This document shows, one piece after another, positions 26,581 to 38,370 of a stretch of 64,000 bases of DNA; the stretch's first letter is position 1; each line of letters begins with the position of its first letter. The stretch is from Saccostrea cucullata (Eukaryota): contig NW_026921914.1 in assembly GCF_032062105.1 (NCBI RefSeq), positions 1-64,000 on the forward strand. Reading direction: 5' to 3'. The translations under genes and the position numbers were made by a program. The notes below the pieces were generated by a model, which saw nothing but the letters and a program-made list of their open reading frames with translations, had not been told where the DNA came from and did not search any database.

Positions 26581-27440
26581 TATTGTTGGATGCTCATACT
26601 GACAATCAATTGGCGTCGTATGAAGCTTTTCGGTTTATTGTTTGGTCGATGTTACCCATATTATTAATTGTTGGGTCGGAGTTACTTATATTATTTATTG
26701 TTTGGGTCGGAGTTACCCATATTGTTTAATTGTTGGATGCTCATACCGACAATTAAGTCGATGTTACCCATATTGTTTATTGTTGGGTCGGAGTTACTTA
26801 TATTGTTTATTGTTTGGGTAGGAGTTACCCATATTGTTTTATTGTTGGATGCTCATACTGACAATCAATTGGCGTCGTATGAAGCTTTTCGGTTTATTGT
26901 TGGGTTAGAGTTATCCATACTGCTTATTGTTGGGTCGGAATTACCCATTTTGTTTATTTATTGTTGGGTCGAAGTTAAACATATTGTCTATTGTTGGGTC
27001 GGTGTTACCCATACTGTTTATTTATTGTTGGGTCAGAGTTACCCATATTGTTAATTGTTAGATCAGAGTTACCCGTATTGTCTATTGTTGCCTGGGAGTT
27101 ACCCATATTGTTTATTTATTGTTGAGTAAGAGTTTCCTATCTTGTTTATTGATGGGTCAGAGTGTCTATTGTTGGCTGCTCATAATGACAACCAATTGAC
27201 GTCCTATGAAGCATATCTGTTTCTTGTTGGGTCGGAGTTACCTATGTTGTTGATTGTTGGCTGCCTCTAATTACAATCAATTGACATCTTATGTTGCATA
27301 TCATATCTGTTTATGGTTGTGTCAGAATTCCCCATATTGTTTTTATTATTATTCGCTTATAATGACAATCAACTTGATCAAATGGTGTCTTATGAAGCAT
27401 ATCTGTTGGTTGGGTCAAAGTTACTTACAGTGTTGACTGT
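26580..27440. repeat. Minisatellite, ~32 bp unit related to the 47 bp unit, with recurring longer spacer
   Basis: attgtttattgttgggtcggagttacccat repeated; spacer gatgctcatactgacaatcaattggcgtcgtatgaagc recurs. Confidence 0.8.
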
Positions 27441-29734
27441 TATTTGCTCGAAATGACATTCAAATTGTGTCTTATAAAGCACATCTGACTTTTGGCACGG
27501 TTTTTCCTATTGAAGCTAATATTGATGTCATTAATAGTACAGAGATGTTGACTGACCCATAGGATTTAAGTTACCCATCATGCCTATGTCGCTTAATATT
27601 CTGATAACAGCAGTTACTGATACTATGAATCGCAGTAACACAGATTAGTTTGGTTAAGGAATTTACATGTACGAATAAGGCAGAGATATCTATTGTTAAT
27701 TGCTCTTGAGGTACATGTATTTTGATTGGTTAGGAGTTTTATATACATAAGGGTCAGAGTTTCATATATGATTCATTGTTTTGGGACAAAACTTATTACG
27801 ATAAAGTATTGGTTCATTTAATCCTAGTGTTTACTGGCAGTATATGCCTTCTTTCTTAGAGTTCTAAGGTTTACTCATGTTTTAGTTCATATACCTCTTA
27901 AGTAAGTAATATCTATGAGGTGACACTGGAAAAATCCATACAAAGTATTGTTCCCTGTAGTGGATTCATGAAATATACTGTTAAGTTGTTAATATTTCTT
28001 CTGATATGTCCTTGGTCATATTGCCAGGTTGTTGCCAATATTAAGTCATCCTGAATTACCCAAACATTTATCATATATTATAATAATTGTGCAGGATCTG
28101 CTCATTCATCCTGAAGGAAGTTTCCTTTCTTTTGTTGTTGCATTGTTTGCTCATGTAGACCTAATTTTGCTTCCCAATTTTGAGGTGGTATCCTCCCTTG
28201 TGAGCATTTTGTACGTGGATGAGTAATGATAATAATAATAATAATAAAAAAAATATAAATTAACTTTTACGTACATTGTAGATACATCCCGAACAATCGG
28301 TGAGAACACAGATCCTCAGGAAAAGAATCCTTACAACCCTCATCATAACATTCCACTAATTCCAGTTAAGAGGGAACCAAGATGATCCCCATAGCCTGGG
28401 GAACCAAATGAAGCTGTGCCTAATGCCGTGAATTTTATGTATTATATCTATATTTAAAATTTCAAAACTTGGTTGACACTTTTTGACTTTACCATGCAAT
28501 AACCTTATATAAGATGCAGATACATGTATGTGCCAGCAAAACTGCAGCAGTGCTGCCATGGATGTGCCCTAAATCAGCTGAATGACCAGGATATCCACTA
28601 ACGTTGGTTGAGAAAGCATCCACACTAGCTAGATCATGAAACTTGGTTTCTTATAAAACATTTGCAGGTGAGTCAGCAAGCAAATGGTATATGCAGAATC
28701 CAATTATCCACATCACAAATGATCACCTTTTACAACTGGCCTTTCTATTAATAAATTAAGGATATGATTCTCACTTCTTCAGTTTTAATTGCTTATGGGA
28801 GGGATATGTCCTTCAACAGGTAAACAATCCACTCTATATGCTAGGATTATCCAGTCAAAGAAATGAGTAATCTTTATTTGAATCAAAGATTAAGATGTGA
28901 CAAATTTGAATATGAAAGAATCAAGATTATTGTTCCTTTAATAAAACAAATTAAAGAATGTGTCTTTATTAATAAACATAATCTATAGGGAGGGATTTGT
29001 CCTTAAACAAGGTATGCTTATAAATAAAATCTCGGGTTATGTATCTTGCAAGAAAATACTTTATCGATGGCTTAAATAAGGTTTGGTATAGGATAATTAT
29101 ACCCCTTCAATGCATTACATTTGTACTATGCCTTTAGTAAACACCTTTAAATTCTCTTGTTTAACATTAAGGCCACTTTCCATGCAATCTTATTTTTGGG
29201 ATATTAGCTTATACTCATATTTAAACTTTCAAGTAGATGCTATTTACAAAATTCAGTATAATCTAGAAAGTTCACATTATATTCACGATTTGCTTTAGAT
29301 CATAATAATATTAACCTTCACCTTGTAAAACTTATTCATACTGTCTGGTATAGCCGCATGGTATGTTCCTCCATTAAAAGGAAATAATTCATGGAATTAA
29401 TGTATACCACATTCTTGGTTCTACAGTTCTAAGAGGAACAGTTGTTTTGCAGGTATTATTGGGATTGTTGAATATTTTGTCCAATTTCTAATTCAAATCT
29501 TTAAATTACAAATTAGAATTAAACAGTTAAAAGTAGTATAAATAGAGAAAATTAAATAATTCAAGGTTTGAGTATGTAAAATTTTCACTGACCTTGTGTC
29601 CTACTCAAGGACACTATCACTCATCAGTAGGTAGAAATTGCAAAATTTAAGTTTGCTTAAATTACTAGACCTCAAACATATAAGTTTTGTTCTACTCCCA
29701 ATGGATAACCAGATTCTATAATGTACCGATAGTT

Positions 29735-30055
29735 CAAATGCTGGTCAGTGTTTAATTTTTGTTTTGTTCCAATCATGATAGACAGTCAGATACTAGGATG
29801 TAGTTTAAATACAGGTCAGTGATTTACTGCTGTTTGTTCTATAAACAAAAAATAGTCAGATTCTAGGAGGTAGTACAAATACAGGTCAGTGATTAACTGT
29901 TGTTTTGTTCTACTCATGATAAATAGTCAGCTAATAGAATGTAGTTTAAACACAGGTCAGTGATTAACTGCTGTTTTGTTTTACTCCTACAAGATGAAGT
30001 ACCTTAAGGAACATGTTCATTTGCACACTGACAGGTCAGTGAATAACTGCTGTTG
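29735..30055. repeat. ~62-70 bp tandem repeat (acaggtcagtgattaactgctgttttgttctac)
   Basis: About 5 copies; homologous array on the opposite strand at 53300-53720. Confidence 0.7.
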
Positions 30056-31495
30056 GATATTAAAATACACCTCTCTTAACCTAGCTTGCTTGCTGGCTCA
30101 TACAATACTTTGTGATTGTTATATCATTTATTCTGAAATTATTGTTATTTCATACTTTAATTACTTAGTAATGCCTATATTTCTTAACATTTCTCGGATA
30201 TTATTTTATAAGATGTTCTTCCTTCATTTTGTATTACATATGACATTTTCGTGTAAACTGTGATTATGGAATAATAATAGGAGGATTTTTCATTGCATTA
30301 CTTTAAAATAAAATGTATGGAGAAGCTAGTGATTAACTGCTTCCATGAATAATTCATATTGTGTGCAAGCTCACCTTGGATGGCACGGATGTGATCTGCA
30401 TGTCACATCTAACATGGATGTGACTTGCATGTCACATCTTGTGGCCTATTTTGTTTTTATGTGCCATCTTTTTGCTAACTTTTTCATATGATGTTTTCAT
30501 TGTCTTCTCTTACAGATACTTTTTTCTAGTCAGTTTTGGGGGATCAGACATTATCATATTTTACGTAACTGCTAATCAAAGCTTGTGAATCTGATCCCCT
30601 TCTTGTTTGTTAAATTGTTCACATTTATACCGTCATTTTAATAAATGACATTATTCATCTCTATGAAAGTGTTTTATTTGACTTATACAAAATTAGCAAA
30701 AACAAGCTGCGGTGAGCTTGCATATAAGCATAAGAATACATAAAACAACAATTTTTAGAATAATAATTGTATTTATGTATTGAATGCGATAACATAGTTT
30801 GAGGTTTCCGGTAGGATTAATTTTGGTAAAATATAAAAAATTCTTAGATCCACGCCTTGGTTGATGGATTACGTGTGATAGTAGGTGTAAAGTCACGTGG
30901 TCAGCTCAGCGAGTCATTCCGTTGTATTGTGATAACCCGCCTGCTGACCACGCTAAAATTAGAGGCACGTCTATTTTGAAGACCCTCCTCCACTCCTGCA
31001 TTCCTACCCCTTAAAATAGGTATTAGTGTGTCATGCAAAATCATATATTTCATTAGTTCTGACTCGATTTGTTTATACTGTTTTTATGTATTTTGTTTCA
31101 CTATTATCCTTGGGCTAGGCCTATTTTGTTTTTATGTGCCATCTTTTTATTAACTTTTTCATATGATGTTTTCATTGTCTTGTCTTACAGATACTTTTTT
31201 CTAGTCAGTTTTGGGGGATCAGACATTATCATTTTTTACGTAACTGCTAATCAAAGCTTGTGAATCTGATCCCCTTCTTGTTTGTTAAATTGTTCACATT
31301 TATACCATCATTTTAATAAATGACATTATTCATCTCTATGAAAGTGTTTTATTTGACTTATACAAAATTAGCAAAAACAAGCTGCGGTGAGCTTGCATAT
31401 AAGCATAAGAATACATAAATATAATTTACTTGGGACGCTTGGTCTTACTTTAACCTATACATTTTAAATCCAAGTTGTCGCATTTCAGCTGCTCG

Positions 31496-31498
<3 letters not shown>

Positions 31499-31560
<62 letters not shown>
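31499..31560. repeat. (TC)n microsatellite
   Basis: About 30 TC units. Confidence 0.95.
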
Positions 31561-31561
<1 letters not shown>

Positions 31562-34011
31562 TTAATAAAATGACAGGATGATCTTTTTACTTCGTTACAA
31601 AGCAAACATTAAAATAAAAGATCTTTTTTCTCTTTATGCCCTGTAATGTATATTATTTGGACACAGACAGTGGGGGTGTATAGTAACACTTTAGTACTCT
31701 TATCTCCCTTAAAATGATTGACAACAGAATTACATGCTTAGTAATGATAAAAAAAAATCAATACTGAAATAGTTCTTGTTCTAAAGTAAATATTTATTTA
31801 GTGCATCAAAAGTAATACCGCCGAATTTAAGGTATCAGAATTGATAACGACATACAACTAAAAAAAGAGAAAAAAAATGATAGGAAATACATGTTCATTT
31901 TTTTCAAATTAATTAGTAGCCAAAATAATATTTTAAAGTTGACTTTTTTTATCGAATGCGTTTGTATGCTTGTACATGTACACACACATATGTATTTTAA
32001 ACAAATTTGATAGAAATGGGTGTCATTTGATGTAATTAACTTATTTCTTTTATTAAAAAAAACATGATATATATTTTTTAATATTTTTAAATCAAAATAT
32101 ACCTTGGAGACCTGCTTATGTCTTGCTAGCTGCAGAACTGTAGCTCTCCGAAAAAAAATATTTTTGTTCGATTGTATGTCATAAAATAGAACTTTTACTT
32201 ACAAGAACACATTTGGTGTATTTCATTTGAATTAACCGTGTTTTCAGAATTTTTTATTTGTAAAATAATTGATTCACTGCATGCATAGTATTAAAAACTT
32301 TGAATGGAATTCTAAATGAATAATTTAATCTCATGTGCTCATGTAACGAAGAAAGACTAATTAAAATAGCATCGACCTGAATTCGTGTTACATATGTCGT
32401 ATAAAGTCTGAGCTGCATTTAATCAAAGTTTTAGTGCAGGATCTAAGCATACGTACATGCATATTCCCGAGGAAAATACACATTTTGTTTTAGATCAGAG
32501 AATCGACAGCAGAAACACGAAATAGATACAATAATTTCCTAGCGTATTTCTTGTTAATTAACGGAAAACATTCTTTTCTCAAGTGTTATTCATGTTTTAC
32601 TTTTTCTATTGAAAATGTTCATTGAAAGCTGCCACCCCCCCCCCCCAAAAAAAACACACACACAGTTTATACTACGGTAAAGTTATATAAGGGAAATGTA
32701 GTATTGTATGCCAAGGAACTGGTACTGAAATAAGTAGCTTTTCGACTTTGGGCAAGGTTTTTCTTTGCTTGTCAACTTTTCCAGGTAAGAAAAAACATAT
32801 TTCTTTGGCTGCCCCCCCCCCCCCCACTTTTAAAGACGATGATACGTGCCTGGCTAATTCGTATAGCTTTCTAGAAAGGGGGGGGGGGCAACAGACCCTT
32901 TATAAAATCGCTTATTATCTAAAAAAAAAATTGCAAACCGTTTCCTTCTTTTAAAATTTTTAATGCAGCGTGTAAGTTGATCACTATTTTGTTGGATTAT
33001 CGTAACGTGTAGTCCGCGGAAGTTGTGCTAGTGTAGAAGAGTTCCGATTTTTAGGGGAGATAACTCACTTTTGAAAATGGGGAATATGGTCAAAATTTAA
33101 AACAAGGCTTGTTGTATATGCACCTTAATGTTATCTTATGATAACATTTATTAAGGAAATTATAACAGCTGTCACATTTTTCTCAACTTTTTAGACCTCC
33201 TTTAAGAAGAAGATATGCGTATTTACTGATATTGTATTCACCTTTTAAATTTTGGGAATGCAGGTGTTTTCAAAAAATGCTCAACTACTTTAAATGCATA
33301 TGCATAGATAAAATTTGATAAAGCAATCCTCGTAATCTCTATTCGTTCAGAGGTTTCACATGCTCAAGCAATGACGACTATAAGGAAATGATTTTAAAAA
33401 CTTTAAAAATAAAAGAACAAGGACGATGGCAAAGACAATGGCACTGGTTTTGAAAACACTTTTATTTTGGATTGTATGGATTACAGCATTTTCCGGTAAG
33501 AGAAAAAAGCTTTTACTGCTTAAGAAAATAATGAATTGCATTTTGTATTGTTTTTTGAGAAGGCAGATTACCATTCAAACCTGACAAAATCCTTGTTCTG
33601 CAAAAAAAAAAAAAAAAAAAAAAAAGAAAAAAAAAGTTCACTAGAAAACCCTTAAATTGCAGTAAAGGTGAGATATATTCCATCTACTTTCACAAGAAAG
33701 CAAAATTCTTGAACATACGATAATTTGACCTTTCTTCAAAACATTGGGGGAAAAAGGTTCAATCGTCCTTTCAATAAAATTTAGAAAATTAAATTAACAG
33801 TAAAAGATTTTTTCGACAAAAGTCCCCCATAATTACTTACCAGTTTTATGAATGGCGTATCTGTAAAACAGAGAAATGCATTACAACAATTTCTCTGGAA
33901 AACGTCTGCAACATAAAGTAAAAGACATAGATGTTACTGTCTTGGTTTCATTGAAACTGCCGAATAACATGCTTTAACATTCCCTAAAATAAAATCTATT
34001 ATAGTATATAC

Positions 34012-36093
34012 TGTAACGTGCAACGCGGCCGAGCTTGGTGTTTGGTGATATGTCTTGCATCACCGAGGCGTTACACTTAGGTTCGTTAACCTGTTAACTC
34101 AGATTTTTGTTGACCAATGCGATTATAATCAAATATATACAAATACAATGGCTCTCTTCTAGATTGGACAACCACTAACTGTGGTCGACGGGTGTCTCCC
34201 GCAATGAATTACTTCGGTCCTGCCACTTCACAAGTACTGCTGCATCTTGGCACTTCCCCCACTTCTATCTGTGGTATGCCACCTCTCTCTACAACCAAGT
34301 GACTGCCTTATTCAGGTCTTACGTGCATTGTTGTACGGTGGAACACTTAGCCGTTTATCCCCTGCATCCGTCTGCCTTATTCAGGTCTTACAAACGTATG
34401 CAAGAGAAGAAACAAACTAATGTTTATCCACTCCGTCACAAGAGAGGTCCCCTGAGTTCCCGTAACACAACATGTATTACCTCAGTGCAGCCCCGTACAT
34501 AGGCAGTTTCATACTACTTGTATGACCTGAGAATTAATATTTTTAAGCGTTTAAGAATTCATATAAAAACTTAAGTCTAACTTTAAAACGAAACTAAATC
34601 ACGAAACCAAATTCCGTTTCATTACCCTCCCCTTAAGATTATATGTGTCCAGCATATGATTAACTATTTACAATTTTTTTTACATCTATATACAATTCTT
34701 TGCATTGCCTGACAATTTGTGACATCTCCCTAGGCATCGATGAATGTATCTTTGGTCAGAGTTTCTCGCACATCACCAGGTGCTGATGCGTAGGCCAAAT
34801 TGTTAATCGTCTAATAACCTGACCTAACTCTGGTATAGACTCAGATGCGCTTTGCCATCTTTCTTTAGCTTAACACGATACAGATCTGTTTGGTTAAGAG
34901 GGGAGAACCTCTCCTCAAGGGATCTGACCAGTGTCTTATAATGCTGACCAGTATCACTTGGTAAGTCACCTAACACTGACTGTGCTTTTCCACGCAGTGA
35001 TACAGCCAGGTAAAGACCCTTCTTATCTTCTGTCCAGCCGTTTACAACAGCACAAGCCTCAAAATGTGATTTGTAGTCAAGCCAGGAACTGGTTCCGTCA
35101 TACGTGGCTGGCTTGATTATATGGCCTGTCTTGGCATTGTCTGTCCCCATTGACTGCCCCCATGGTTTTGGCGTGTCAAATAGATGGCCCGTCACAATGT
35201 CGTCAACCCCAGCATGTGGTGTAAAGCTTGGTTTGCCTTCTTCTGGAAATCTAACTTTAGGCCGTGCGCCGTACTCGTCAAATGACACATCTCCTGACAT
35301 ACCGGCCGGTTGATAATCAGTACTGTGTGTCGCATATCCAGACTCTTGGCTTGTCGCATTTGTCTGACCATCGTTGCTGGTTGGCGTTCTCATCCTTTCC
35401 AAGATCTTCTCCCGCCGCTCGATAGTTTCTGACACTTTCTTATGTGAATCCATGGTCAACAAAATCCCACCGTTGCCACCAAATAATGTAACGTGCAACG
35501 CGGCCGAGCTTGGTGTTTGGTGATATGTCTTGCATCACCGAGGCGTTACACTTAGGTTCGTTAACCTGTTAACTCAGATTTTTGTTGACCAATGCGATTA
35601 TAATCAAATATATACAAATACAATGGCTTTCTTCTTGATTGGACAACCACTAACTGTGGTCGACAGGGTGTCTCCCGCAATGAATTACTTCGGTCCTGCC
35701 ACTTCACAAGTACTGCTGCATCTTGGCACTTCCCCCACTTCTATCTGTGGTATGCCACCTCTCTCTACAACCAAGTGACTGCCTTATTCAGGTCTTACGT
35801 GCATTGTTGTACTGTGGAACACTTAGCCGTTTATCCCCTGCATCCGTCTGCCTTATTCAGGTCTTACAAACGTATGCAAGAGAAGAAACAAACTAATGTT
35901 TATCCACTCCGTCACCAGAGAGGTCCCCTGAGTTCCCGTAACACAACATGTATTACCTCAGTGCAGCCCCGTACACAGTTTCATACTACTTGTATGACCT
36001 GAGAATTAATATTTTTTAGCGTTTAAGAATTTATATAAAAACGTAGGTCTAACTTTAAAACGAAACTAAATCACGAAACCAAATTCCGTTTCA
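34012..36093 (-). mobile_element. Internally deleted (non-autonomous) Ty3/Gypsy LTR retrotransposon
   Basis: LTRs 34012-34621 and 35487-36093 (TG..CA, ~98% identical); 4-bp TSD ATAC; PBS 35464-35481 (TGGTGGCAACGGTGGGAT on -, tRNA-Leu type); PPT AAGGGGAGGGTAA; only a truncated gag inside. Confidence 0.93.
34730..35453 (-). pseudogene. gag: Truncated, frameshifted Gypsy gag
   Basis: KPATYDGTSSWLDYKSHFEACAVVNGW..LRGKAQSVLG aligns by eye to the gag at 38371; after a frameshift at ~34865 homology continues to ..VRETLTKDTFIDAL, then breaks off. Confidence 0.85.
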
Positions 36094-37549
36094 ATACACT
36101 GTATAACAATAGTTTATAATTACTGTAAACGTGTTAAAATATACTAGAATCTTTATTGATACTTTAATTTTTATTATTTTAAGACATTTTATTCAGTGAT
36201 ACAAAGCTTGTCTAAAAAAAAAAAAACAGTGTACAAAAAAATTTAAATAATTTGTAAATATACAGGTGATAATATTTCCATTTAATAATAAAAAGATAAT
36301 GTGCATTTAAATAAAAGTGAGGTTTATTGAAAATAATCGTTGAAATAGAATTTTAATCCAAATTGAATATTTTCTTAGTCTTCCTTGGTCGAATTGTACC
36401 CCGATCCCATTTAATTGTTTAACACCAAAAGTAAAAGATAGAAATTACGTACGTTGTGTATTATAAATCTTACTGGCCATATATCATAAAAATTCTCTGT
36501 TGATTTTGTTTAAAGATCTAGAGTTTTGACACTAGATTTTTTAAATGTGTCTATACATTCTATTCCTTGGTAAACGTTCTACATTTCATAATCTATAGAA
36601 TCCCAATGTTTGGTCTAGGGCTGTGCAATATTACCGGTATATCGGTATATTGCGGTATTATCCACCACGATAATATATCACGATATGAAGGCCAGATACC
36701 GGTATTTCACGATATTTATAAGAATATATAAAAAAAACTCCTTCATTGTAGAAACTGCTGGAATAATACTTGTAACTTCCCCAGGCCTTTGAAATCTAGT
36801 TAAATGAATACTTCGTCAGCTTTCGAAGAGAGATAGAGAGAAGAGAGAGAGAGAGAGGAATCTTATCATTCACTGTTCACAATTTTAAATACCTTACTTA
36901 AAAAATAATAATTAATAAAGACTTTTGAATAAAATTATTTAGAAAGAAAATATATTAAACATTTCTACAGGGTGTATGCCATGTTTACCATGGTTCTCAA
37001 AATCTCGCATGGAATCTACACGGTCGATGTCACGATGATGAATGTTAAGTTCAAGATACATATTACAAGTAAATGGCCATCCATGTTTTCACTTGATACA
37101 GTGATGCTTTTATTATTTTTTAATAAGTTTCATGCCATTTTTAACAACTTCGTGCTATACTAGGAGCATGTGTATTAAAACAGTAGAAATAGGCCAGTGC
37201 AGTTCCTGATCGTTGGTCATAATGTGAAATTAGGTCGGGTTAGACTAAAACACAAAAAACGCCCGAAAATGTGTCACAATTTCTTTTGGCTTTAATTTCA
37301 TTCTGTGATCACATATAAAATTTTCATATACATGTAGTATGTATTGTTTTAATCATTAAGTTATATTCTGTGCTATTTCAATCACCCACCCCCCCCCCCC
37401 AAAAAAAAAAAACTTAAAAATGTAACAAGATTATATACTCTGTATTAACTTTTTTCAATTTCAAAATGCTTCAAGAGAGTTCACTTAGTTTTACATGTAT
37501 TATTTTACCTGGTATTTGATTAAAAGTAAAGTGTTATTATGTATGCAAT

Positions 37550-38252
37550 TGTGACAATTCCGGAATTTTAAGGTACGACCATGCAGAGTTCTCAATTAGT
37601 CATCGTTAACATCACGTGACTTTGATAGGGTATATATATCGAGACTCTGCAGTCGTCTGTGTCATTGTTGATGCGCCGGCCAAAGAGAGAAGACGAGTGT
37701 AAGTGTCATATGCATAAAGCATTGTTATTAATTCCTCGCCTGTTAATGCAGTTTAGAGAGTGAATTTGGAAGGCCATTTGAGGTTTGCCAAACCTGCTAT
37801 AAGGCCTGCCACAAACTTGGTTAACCTCAAGCAAAGAGGCTAGCCATAAAGTTCGTCTGCATTCGCTGACCAGTCCGTCCAGGCCGCTATACTCATTGTC
37901 CGTCCTGAATAAGGCATCCTACAGTGAGTGTAGTGGTTGAAGGGCTATCACATATACTGTCCGTCCTGAATAAGGCATCCTACAGTATATGCGGTAGTCC
38001 AAGGGCGACTGGCCTTGCATTTTAGTATTATTATTAATAGGTCTACCAGATAATTTATTGTTGCTTGCCTCTGATTGATTGTATTGATTCACCATTTGAT
38101 TATTGTTAACCTAGATAAGGTTAGGACGTATTTGTATATTTCGGCAGTCCTTTTTAATCATACCAATCAATTTTAAATCAGTTTATGTTTTACACCCCAA
38201 ACCCTGGAAATAACCAGGTACGATCCCATTGATTAATTGTAAATACGTTACA
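37550..38252 (+). repeat. 5' LTR
   Basis: TGTGAC...GTTACA; TATA box 37631-37638, Inr-like TCATT ~37662, GTAAGT donor 37699. Confidence 0.95.
37870..38012 (+). promoter_or_regulatory. Structured RNA element in LTR: three-way junction with two hairpins capped by an identical 21-nt apex (CCGUCCUGAAUAAGGCAUCCU)
   Basis: 17-bp stem 37883-37899/37921-37937 and 19-bp stem 37942-37960/37982-38000 with G-U pairs on the + strand; closing stem 37870-37880/38003-38012. Confidence 0.75.
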
Positions 38253-38258
38253 AAAATT

Positions 38259-38276
38259 TGGTGGCAGCGTCGGGAT
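38259..38276 (+). promoter_or_regulatory. Primer-binding site (tRNA-Leu type)
   Basis: TGGTGGCAGCGTCGGGAT, close to the complement of the 3' end of metazoan tRNA-Leu(AAG/TAG) as I recall it. Confidence 0.8.
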
Positions 38277-38370
38277 TTGGGGTTGCATTAAATCATTAAA
38301 GTTTATTATTATGTAGTTTTTGTCCAGGTTAATTGTAGTTCAGTTAAAGTTTATTTTGCAATTTTTCGAT

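Larger units (their letters stand above)
24228..31419 (+). mobile_element. Non-coding split-direct-repeat element (A1...B1-A2-spacer-B2), putative non-autonomous Ngaro/PAT-like tyrosine-recombinase retrotransposon
   Basis: A1 24228-24454 ~ A2 30742-30982; B1 30443-30744 ~ B2 31118-31419; no TSD beyond a shared A-run; no RT/YR ORF. Confidence 0.72.

Noticed and set aside
25976-27436. Cluster of overlapping 60-128 aa ORFs on both strands
   Set aside because: Translations of the 47-bp and 32-bp minisatellites
34299-36002. Duplicated + strand ORFs (MTALFRSY...)
   Set aside because: Antisense read-through of the two LTR copies, non-ATG starts
38320-38370. ORF-track N-terminal extension of gag-pol
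   Set aside because: Begins at TTG; the first ATG is at 38371
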